Assembly: GCA_964426715.1 (NCBI GenBank)
Contig: CAYRRQ010000001.1
Coordinates: 1-48,108, forward strand
Source: an uncultured Methanosarcinales archaeon
GTDB lineage: Archaea; Nanobdellota; Nanobdellia; Woesearchaeales; SM23-78
Reading direction: 5' to 3'
Length of the DNA: 48,108 nucleotides
Translations under genes and position numbers: made by a program
The notes under the pieces: model-generated
What the model saw: only the letters and a program-made list of their open reading frames with translations
What the model was told of the DNA's origin: nothing
Database searches by the model: none
Shown: in pieces, positions 41,520-48,108 of the stretch
Numbering within the stretch: the first letter of the stretch is position 1
Layout: every line of letters begins with the position of its first letter

Positions 41520-42695
41520 ATGAAAAAGAAACTAAGTAATCTTTTTGGCGCAGAAAATGTTTCAGACAAAGAAACAGACTTGGAAGCATACACCTATTGT
41601 GCCTCAGACAAAATCCAGAAGCCGTCACTCATAGTCTGGCCTCGCAGCACTGAGGATGTGAGAAAAACAATTCTGCGCGCCAACCAAACCAGGAACCCCT
41701 TAATCATAAGGGGAAAGGGCACGAGCAAAACAAACAGTTGCACAGGAGAAGACCGCATAATAATCTCATCTGAAAGACTTAACAAAATTACTAGGATAAA
41801 CCTCCAAAAAAACTTTGTGGAGTTAGAGCCTGGAGTAACCCTTGCAGAGCTTAACCAAAAACTTCAGAGGATAAACAGGGCGCTGCCACTCACCCCCCTG
41901 AGCCACGCCCAGAGTGTGGGCGGCATGATAGCTTTGAATACGCCGGGCATTGAGAGCCTAAGAATGGGGAAGGCCCAGGACCTGGTAGAGGAACTGGAGT
42001 TTGTTGACGGAACAGGAAAACAATACGCTGTTAAAGATAAGGATAAGATGATGCCTATAACAGAAGGCATGGCTGGTTTCATAACCCGGGCCAGGATGAA
42101 AATATCTGAGCCGCCAACTCTTTCCTGCGACCTACTTTGCTTTGAAAACATCTCAGACATGCTGAAAAAAGTGCGTGCCTTAACCAAGAACATAGAAACA
42201 TACTTCTTAAAATTCATAGACAAGAAAACCTCCTATGACCTGGGATTTGGGAACAATTACACTATAATAGCAGCATATACAAGCCTCATAGGCGCGACCA
42301 GGAAGAGGGAAGAAGTAATAAAAATAATAAAAAAAGCACGTTCAATTCACAAGAAGATAAGAGAGCGGGGATATTATTATGTTCTGGACCCGAGGGTAAG
42401 CTTGGAAAAAACCTATGACTTAATAAGCTGGTGCGAGGAGAAAAACCTGCGCTTACAAGGAGACGTCGGAACAGGAAACTTTTATGCTTATATTCACAAG
42501 CAAGACCAAAAATTACTGCCTGTTTTCAGGTCTTTTATAAGAAGAATAAATGGTAGGCTCGGCACTGCCTTTGGTTATGGCAGACTCAACAAAGACTTTG
42601 TGAACCCTGTAAAGAAAAAGAAACTGATGAAAATAAAAGAGGAATATGATTATAACAACACCCTGAACCCGGGAATAATAATAAGCTACAGATAA
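41520..42695 (+). CDS. FAD-binding (FAD_binding_4) oxidase, GlcD/D-lactate dehydrogenase-like, short form
   Basis: ..PSLIVWPRSTEDVRKTILRANQTRNPLIIRGKGTS..VELEPGVTLAELNQKL..SVGGMIALNTPG.. At 391 aa it is shorter than typical GlcD. Confidence 0.7.
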   Translation: MKKKLSNLFGAENVSDKETDLEAYTYCASDKIQKPSLIVWPRSTEDVRKTILRANQTRNPLIIRGKGTSKTNSCTGEDRIIISSERLNKITRINLQKNFVELEPGVTLAELNQKLQRINRALPLTPLSHAQSVGGMIALNTPGIESLRMGKAQDLVEELEFVDGTGKQYAVKDKDKMMPITEGMAGFITRARMKISEPPTLSCDLLCFENISDMLKKVRALTKNIETYFLKFIDKKTSYDLGFGNNYTIIAAYTSLIGATRKREEVIKIIKKARSIHKKIRERGYYYVLDPRVSLEKTYDLISWCEEKNLRLQGDVGTGNFYAYIHKQDQKLLPVFRSFIRRINGRLGTAFGYGRLNKDFVNPVKKKKLMKIKEEYDYNNTLNPGIIISYR

Positions 42696-42699
42696 GAAA

Positions 42700-43092
42700 A
42701 TGACAAAAAACAATTTCAAGAACGAAAAAATAGCGCCAGCCCAGGACATAAATCAGTGCAACTTGTGCGGTGATTGCAATACAAACTGTCCTGTAGTCAG
42801 GGTTCTAGAAAAAGAAACAAGGGGGGCAAGACACAAAGCCTTTCTTGCCAGGAAAAAAGATTATAAAGAGGCATTCTGGCTTTGCACGCTGTGCGGTGCG
42901 TGCATACAGGATTGCCCTGCGAACATAGATATTGATTGCCTGGGAATAAGAGAGGAACTGGTAAAAAAAGGAAATCAAACCAAGGCCAACCAGAAGATGA
43001 GGGATAATATCAAGCTTTATGGCAACCCCTTTGGCAGGCTTGCAGGCGGCAAAAAGGCAGGCGACAAGGAGACAAAAGAATATTACACTTAA
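42700..43092 (+). CDS. 2x[4Fe-4S] ferredoxin-type protein (like the GlcF N-terminal half)
   Basis: Two cluster motifs, CNLCGDCNTNCP and CTLCGACIQDCP. Confidence 0.8.
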   Translation: MTKNNFKNEKIAPAQDINQCNLCGDCNTNCPVVRVLEKETRGARHKAFLARKKDYKEAFWLCTLCGACIQDCPANIDIDCLGIREELVKKGNQTKANQKMRDNIKLYGNPFGRLAGGKKAGDKETKEYYT

Positions 43093-43180
43093 AACACTCC
43101 TCTTAGAACACAAATACAAATGTTTTTGGCATCTATACATAAAATCATAACATAATCACACTTAAAATTAGGTAAGAACG

Positions 43181-43888
43181 ATGAGTAATAAAGACCAGCA
43201 ATTAAAAAAGAGAAGTCAGACTAGGATTCAAGTCAGGATAAAAGTGATCGGCACGTCCCATATTTCTCCAAACTCAATAAAAGAGCTTGAAAGCACGTTC
43301 AGGGATTATGACCCGGGCATCGTGGCTGTGGAGCTTGACAAGAACAGGCTATACGCGCTCCTGCATAATAAGAAGCCTGATTACTCCCCCCGCTTGATAC
43401 GCAGCCTCGGAATTAAAGGGTACTTGTTCGCGCTCATAGGAAGCATAATACAGCAGAAATTAGGGCGTATCATAGGTGCCCGGCCCGGCGCAGACATGCT
43501 TAGAGCAGTACAACTCGCAAGAGACCAGCACAAAAGAATAGCTTTGGTGGATAGGGATATTAGAATAACCCTTTCAAGGCTGTCCAGGGCAATAACCCTG
43601 AAGGAGAAAACCAACTTCTTAATTGATTTGTTCAGAGTCCCGTTTTCTAAAAAGATGAAGATAAATCTGTCAAGCGTTCCAGAAGGAAGAATTATAGAGA
43701 ACTCCCTTGGAATGCTTAAGAAAAGATACCCTGGCCTCTATAGGGTTCTGGTAGATGAGAGGAACAGGATTATGGTATTGAAACTAAGAACAATCATGGA
43801 AAATTATCCAGAACAAAAAATCCTGGTAGTTGTGGGTGCGGGCCATAAGAGGTACTTGGAGAAGAAATTAAGCAAAAAAGGTGTGTGA
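43181..43888 (+). CDS. TraB/PrgY (Tiki-like) family protein
   Basis: ..IKVIGTSHISPNSIKELESTF..PGIVAVELDKNR.. and the C-terminal ..VVVGAGHKRYL are typical of the TraB family. Confidence 0.75.
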   Translation: MSNKDQQLKKRSQTRIQVRIKVIGTSHISPNSIKELESTFRDYDPGIVAVELDKNRLYALLHNKKPDYSPRLIRSLGIKGYLFALIGSIIQQKLGRIIGARPGADMLRAVQLARDQHKRIALVDRDIRITLSRLSRAITLKEKTNFLIDLFRVPFSKKMKINLSSVPEGRIIENSLGMLKKRYPGLYRVLVDERNRIMVLKLRTIMENYPEQKILVVVGAGHKRYLEKKLSKKGV

Positions 43889-43928
43889 AAAGAAACCTAT
43901 ATAAATAACAAAAAACAAGGACGAGTAT

Positions 43929-44672
43929 ATGCACGAACTCCTTACGCGATACAATAAGAGGTTGAGATTTGAAAAAAAAGAGATGAGCCACATACTAATA
44001 ACCTCATTAATCACGGCGTTCATCCTGAGCTTTAAACTCATTGACACAGGCCAGGGATATGTTGTGAACCTGATCGTGCTGGTCATTATCGCCGCAACAT
44101 CTTTTTTCATGCACTTTGGAGCCCAGAAAATAATCGGCTTAAGTCTGGGGTATGAATCCAAATACAAGCATTGGCTGAACGGAATGCTCATAAGCATAAT
44201 AATCTGCTTTTTCTCTTACGGCTACATTCCCCTGTTCTTCACAGGCTCGTTATGGCACGAGCACATCTCCAAGCTAAGAGTGGATGTGTTTCGCGGAGGA
44301 GTAAAGCACAAGGACCTGGGCTACATAGCCTTTGCAGGACCCATAACCAATATCGTTCTTGTGGGGTTAATAGCGCCCATCTACCTAGCAACCAAGAGCC
44401 CTTTGATTTATGCAATAATAATAGTCAACTTATTAATCGCGGTTTACTCACTGCTGCCAATACCGACCTTTGAGAAGTTAAGGCAGTTTAAAGGAGGGAC
44501 TACCGGCCTCTACCTCTTTATAGCCTCGAGATGGATTTGGGTGCTCGCCTTTGTAAGCATACTCGCATATGCGGCACTAATACTCTTATTCAATTTTTTC
44601 TCATACATAATTGCTGTGTTAATAGGCGCAGTAATTACCATAATATATTATTTGAACTATGAGGAAGCGTAA
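43929..44672 (+). CDS. Site-2 protease (peptidase M50)-like membrane protein with degenerate catalytic motifs
   Basis: Multi-pass membrane protein. The HExxH position reads FMHFGAQK. The second motif, ..VNLLIAVYSLLPIPTFEK.., aligns with N..l..fNLLPi.PLDG but lacks the Asp. Confidence 0.5.
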   Translation: MHELLTRYNKRLRFEKKEMSHILITSLITAFILSFKLIDTGQGYVVNLIVLVIIAATSFFMHFGAQKIIGLSLGYESKYKHWLNGMLISIIICFFSYGYIPLFFTGSLWHEHISKLRVDVFRGGVKHKDLGYIAFAGPITNIVLVGLIAPIYLATKSPLIYAIIIVNLLIAVYSLLPIPTFEKLRQFKGGTTGLYLFIASRWIWVLAFVSILAYAALILLFNFFSYIIAVLIGAVITIIYYLNYEEA

Positions 44673-44860
44673 AAGAGTAAGAGCGAACGGGTTGCTAACC
44701 GGTTTTATTATATTTATTGTTTTTTCTAGATCTTGTTTTCTATGTTTTCTGGGTTTTGAGCCGGGCTTTCGTCGAAAAAAACCAAAACATTTAATAATAC
44801 CAACCTCTTACATGTGTAAGAACAATAAAAAAACCTTTTAAGTTAAGGGGGTGAACTTTA

Positions 44861-45115
44861 ATGGCACAAGTTGTAGCAAAAGTAGGTGTTAAAAAGGAGC
44901 CGGGATACCTTTACTTTGTGGACAAGAAAGGAAACGTCTCCAAGGCTAAGATGGCCAGGGGAAGAAAGAAATCCAAGGCCAAACCAAAACTTGTTGCAAA
45001 GGTAGGTGTTAAAAAGCAAAAAGGATACCTTTACTTTGTGGACAAGAAAGGAAACGTCTCAATGGCTAAGATGGCCAGGGGCGGAAAAAAGAAGCGCAAG
45101 AAAAAGAAGAGATAA
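44861..45115 (+). CDS. Small (84 aa) highly basic protein made of two near-identical 40-aa repeats
   Basis: VAKVGVKKEPGYLYFVDKKGNVSKAKMARG and VAKVGVKKQKGYLYFVDKKGNVSMAKMARG, with a K/R tail. Strong SD GGGGGTGA upstream and an oligo-T tract downstream. Confidence 0.7.
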   Translation: MAQVVAKVGVKKEPGYLYFVDKKGNVSKAKMARGRKKSKAKPKLVAKVGVKKQKGYLYFVDKKGNVSMAKMARGGKKKRKKKKR

Positions 45116-45128
45116 GCCTTTAAAATAA

Positions 45129-45155
45129 TTCTTTTTTATTTTTTTTCTTTGTTTT
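45129..45155 (+). terminator. Oligo-T tracts (archaeal-type terminator) after the small basic protein gene
   Basis: TTCTTTTTTATTTTTTTTCTTTGTTTT begins 14 nt after the stop codon. Confidence 0.5.
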
Positions 45156-45347
45156 AGTTTCTTTATTCTTATTTATTCTTATTCCAAGACTAGCGAACTC
45201 TTATTTCCGGCTTTGTCCTGAATGCGCTCGCATCTCCTATGCTCACTCTGCGTCAGTTCGCTTCGAAAAAATTAGGATGATAAAAATAAAAACAAGACTT
45301 TTTTTCCTCCTCAGAGCTTCTCACGAGGAAGCCCGGCTCAGATCATA

Positions 45348-45368
45348 AATTAATGACGCTAATATTCA
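45348..45368 (+). promoter_or_regulatory. 21-nt promoter-upstream box AATTAATGACGCTAATATTCA, copy 2
   Basis: Lies 25 nt upstream of the hef TATA TTTATAAAT (45394-45402). It has the same orientation relative to its gene as copy 1. Confidence 0.45.
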
Positions 45369-45451
45369 TGACCACGTCTTTGTTTCCCAACCATTTATAA
45401 ATCCGGGCACATTCCCAGAGGCAAGACACGATTCAAAACAAGAGAAGAAAA

Positions 45452-47734
45452 ATGCTAAGAGGATTTAAACCCAGGCTTTACCAACAGACTATTTTGAATA
45501 CTGCTGTGCGCAATAACACTCTTGTGGTGCTTCCTACAGGCCTGGGAAAAACCAACATCGCAGTAATGCTCGCAGCCAACAGGCTGGTCAGTTATCCTGA
45601 CAGCAAGATACTCATTGTCGCGCCCACCAAGCCTCTCTGCGACCAGCACCTGGAAACAGTAAAAAAACATCTTGAAATAAGAGAAGACCAGGCTCAGCTC
45701 TTCACAGGCAGGGTTAAGCCTTCAAAAAGAGCAGATTTATGGAAGAAAAGCAGGGTAATAGTAAGCACCCCGCAGGGGTTGGAAAACGACATAATAAGCA
45801 ATAAGGTTTCATTAAAACAAGTCTCCTTGCTAATAGTGGATGAAGCCCACAGGGCGGTCGGGGACTATGCATATGTGTTTATAGCAAGGCAATACCTGAA
45901 AAAAGCAGAGCACCCGCGCATCCTGGGCCTCACAGCCTCTCCGGGCGCAGACCAGGAAAAGATAAGAGAAGTCTGTCAGAACCTGTTTGTCGAGGAAATA
46001 GAAATACGCTCTTATGACGCGCCTGATGTAACGCCTTATATAAAAGAGATAGATGTGCAATGGTTAAAAATTGATTTGCCACCTGACTTCTCCGTTGTAA
46101 GAAACCACTTAAAACAAGCCTTTGATAAAAAGCTTAACGCAATAAAAAAATGGGGTTATATGTACGGTAAGATCTCAAACTACAGCAAGACGGCCCTGTT
46201 AGAGCTTCAGAGAGCCATGTATGCTAGGATGGCGCAGGGAGAAAAAGAGTACGGCATAATGAAGAGCGTCAGTCTCCTGGCTGAAGCCCTGAAACTACAG
46301 CACGCACTTGAGCTTATAGAAACCCAGGGCTTAAGCCCTTTGCTTGAATACTTTAAGAAGCTGGAAGAAGAATCAGGCAGGACCAAGGTAAAGGCTGTGA
46401 AGAACCTGGTGAAAGACCTGGACTTCTGCTCAGCCTACACCCTGACCAGGAAGCTGGTAAGCCGGGGCAGGGAGCACCCTAAGATTGGAGAGCTGAAAAA
46501 AATCCTGCTAAAAGAAATCAAGGACAAGAAAGATATTAAGATAATTATTTTCAACCAGTACAGGGATTCGTCGAGCAAGATAAAAGAAGTGCTTGACAGC
46601 CTGGAAATCAAATCAGAGATTTTTGTGGGTCAGGCCAAGAAGAAGAACACGGGGCTGAGTCAGAAGCAACAAAAAAAGGTGCTTGACAGGTTCAGGAAAG
46701 CAGAGTTCAACTGCTTAATCGCGACGAGTGTAGCAGAAGAAGGACTTGACATACCTGAAGTGGACTTGGTAGTATTTTATGAGCCAATACCCTCTGCAAT
46801 CCGCACAGTTCAGAGGCGGGGTAGGACAGGCAGACAGGAAAAAGGAAGGGTAATAGTGCTCATAACCAGGAATACCAGGGATGAAGGCAACCTCTGGGCG
46901 TCTGTGCACAAGGAAAAAAGAATGCACAGGGTAATCAATGAGTTAAAGCAAAAAATAAGACTGGAAAGACCAGCTTATTCAGGTCAGACAAGTCAACCAG
47001 GTCAATCTGGAGAACAGGGAATAGACCGAACAGGAAGGGAGGGGGGTTTTGAGCGGCAGACCCAACTCTCAGAAAAAAGGATTCCGGACTCAGAACTCGT
47101 CATATTCGCTGATTACAGGGAGAAAGGTTTAGGCATAATAAAACAGCTCTCAGACCAGGGAATAAAGGTTGAGCTGAGCAGGCTCGAAGTCGCAGACTAT
47201 CTTCTAAGCGACAGAGTGGCGGTTGAGTACAAGACAGTCAAAGACTTTGCAGATTCAATCATTGACGGCAGACTTCTCTCCCAGCTTAGCAACCTAAAAA
47301 AATATGAGCGGCCCCTGATTGTAATCCAGGGAGAAGAAGATATTTACTCCCAGAGAAAAATACATCCTAATGCCATACGAGGCGCACTCTCGACCATACT
47401 GGTAAGCTACGGCATACCCATAATCCAGACCCGCAACACAAGAGAAACCGCAGGGCTCTTCCTGATAATTGCCCGTAGAGAAGCAGACCCGTCTAAAAAG
47501 GATTTTGCTCCGCACACAGCCAAACCCCTTGCAGACGCCGAGGTCCAGGAGTACATAGTGGGTGCATTCCCAGGCGTAGGACCTGTTCTGGCAAAGCCAC
47601 TGCTCAAAGAATTCAAGAGTATAAAAAACTTTGTCAACGCCTCGGAGGATGAGCTGAAAAAGGTCAAGCTTATCGGAGAAAAAAAAGCCCACAGAATAAG
47701 GGAAATAGCAGACAAGAAGTATGAGAAGAAATAA
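45452..47734 (+). CDS. hef: Hef (helicase-associated endonuclease for fork-structured DNA; FANCM/XPF-like)
   Basis: SF2 helicase motifs LPTGLGKT, DEAH and QRRGRTGR. C-terminal ERCC4 nuclease ..VADYLLSDRVAVEYKTVKDF.. and HhH ..FPGVGPVLAKPLL.. A TATA TTTATAAAT at 45394-45402 lies upstream. Confidence 0.9.
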   Translation: MLRGFKPRLYQQTILNTAVRNNTLVVLPTGLGKTNIAVMLAANRLVSYPDSKILIVAPTKPLCDQHLETVKKHLEIREDQAQLFTGRVKPSKRADLWKKSRVIVSTPQGLENDIISNKVSLKQVSLLIVDEAHRAVGDYAYVFIARQYLKKAEHPRILGLTASPGADQEKIREVCQNLFVEEIEIRSYDAPDVTPYIKEIDVQWLKIDLPPDFSVVRNHLKQAFDKKLNAIKKWGYMYGKISNYSKTALLELQRAMYARMAQGEKEYGIMKSVSLLAEALKLQHALELIETQGLSPLLEYFKKLEEESGRTKVKAVKNLVKDLDFCSAYTLTRKLVSRGREHPKIGELKKILLKEIKDKKDIKIIIFNQYRDSSSKIKEVLDSLEIKSEIFVGQAKKKNTGLSQKQQKKVLDRFRKAEFNCLIATSVAEEGLDIPEVDLVVFYEPIPSAIRTVQRRGRTGRQEKGRVIVLITRNTRDEGNLWASVHKEKRMHRVINELKQKIRLERPAYSGQTSQPGQSGEQGIDRTGREGGFERQTQLSEKRIPDSELVIFADYREKGLGIIKQLSDQGIKVELSRLEVADYLLSDRVAVEYKTVKDFADSIIDGRLLSQLSNLKKYERPLIVIQGEEDIYSQRKIHPNAIRGALSTILVSYGIPIIQTRNTRETAGLFLIIARREADPSKKDFAPHTAKPLADAEVQEYIVGAFPGVGPVLAKPLLKEFKSIKNFVNASEDELKKVKLIGEKKAHRIREIADKKYEKK

Positions 47735-47812
47735 TTAAGCAAAGGAATAAACAAGAGGATTAAACAAAAAGATTAAGCGAAAGGATTAAGCAAAAGCCAG
47801 GAACCATAGGAA

Positions 47813-48108
47813 TCATTCCTCTTCTAAATCTTCATCTTCATTACCCGATTCATCAGACTCCTCAGATTCCTCTTCTGAATCCTCCAGGTCGCTCACAAGA
47901 AGAATCTCCGTGCTCCTGATGCCCTCAATTATCTGAAGCTTATTCTGGATAAAGCTTTTAAGGTCAGCGCGGGTCCTGATCTCTACCTCAGCAATAATAT
48001 CAAACCGGCCATACACCTCGTGCACCTCAACAACTTCTTCAAACCCACTGAGCTTTGTACTCGCAAGCCTCATCTTTCCATGCACAGTGTTAATCAGGGT
48101 ATAGGCTT
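47813..48108 (-). CDS. Lrp/AsnC ligand-binding (RAM) domain protein with an acidic C-terminal tail; N-terminus off the right edge
   Basis: The frame stays open to the window end: ..AYTLINTVHGKMRLASTKLSGFEEVVEVHEVYGRFDIIAEVEIRTRADLKSFIQNKLQIIEGIRSTEILLV, followed by DLEDSEEESEESDESGNEDEDLEEE. Confidence 0.7.
   Translation of the reverse strand, partial: AYTLINTVHGKMRLASTKLSGFEEVVEVHEVYGRFDIIAEVEIRTRADLKSFIQNKLQIIEGIRSTEILLVSDLEDSEEESEESDESGNEDEDLEEE

Noticed and set aside
45192-45262. A 71-nt element closed by AGCGAAC/GTTCGCT in the long hef upstream region, checked as a possible tRNA or sRNA
   Set aside because: No D, anticodon or T arm can be drawn on either strand, there is no GTTCGAATC-type T-loop, and there are no clear C/D boxes. 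I found only weak similarity (GCTCACT, TTCGCTT, AAAAAATT) to 19640-19680. The evidence is insufficient.
1802-45368. Reading the 21-nt inverted repeats at 1802-1822 and 45348-45368 as terminal inverted repeats of a 43.5-kb mobile element
   Set aside because: The interval carries core single-copy replication and transcription genes (TBP, MCM, PolD and Cdc6) and no transposase or integrase. Both copies sit at the same distance from a TATA box, so a promoter element is the better explanation.

Overview
Archaeal chromosome segment, shown by TBP, MCM, PolD DP1/DP2, Orc1/Cdc6, aIF2-beta, Hef and an Rpp30-like RNase P subunit. Genes are tightly packed, and several have a TATA box about 25-30 nt upstream of the start codon, suggesting short or absent leaders. 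By inference the source is a reduced-genome, DPANN-like archaeon. I recognised no tRNA, rRNA, CRISPR array, transposase or integrase. The window has three parts. (i) nt 1-19557, almost all minus strand, is a cell-surface island. It encodes a membrane-anchored protein with tandem thioredoxin-fold modules, an ABC-2 exporter pair, and a run of nine co-oriented genes. That run holds five proteins with type IV pilin-like (class III) signal peptides, three very large cysteine-rich secreted proteins (668, 974 and 1192 aa) and an orphan MEMO-family enzyme. No pilus assembly ATPase, platform protein or prepilin peptidase is in the window. This is my best candidate for an undescribed system: a pilus-like or adhesin apparatus. 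(ii) nt 19.6-39.8 kb is an information-processing island: Rpp30-like, ThiI-like, a wHTH regulator, TBP, MCM, an RPA-like OB-fold protein, aIF2-beta, acylphosphatase, PolD DP2 and DP1, and Cdc6. It is bracketed by two divergently transcribed intergenic regions that both carry ORB-like Orc1/Cdc6 boxes. One is a classical cdc6-linked oriC with a large AT-only repeat tract. The other, upstream of TBP-MCM, has a canonical TTCCAGTGGAAA box. A visibly AT-richer 4-kb gene for a 1318-aa PEP-synthase-like protein with a duplicated swivel-His module interrupts this island. (iii) nt 39.8-48.1 kb encodes TrmB, a split GlcD/GlcF-like oxidoreductase trio, TraB next to a catalytically dead S2P-like membrane protein, a tandemly duplicated small basic protein, Hef and a partial Lrp/AsnC-like protein. 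Non-coding signals worth follow-up are two pairs of perfectly repeated 21-nt promoter-upstream boxes, a phased array of palindromes, purine-only repeat spacers inside the surface operon, and a GC-rich three-way-junction RNA candidate.
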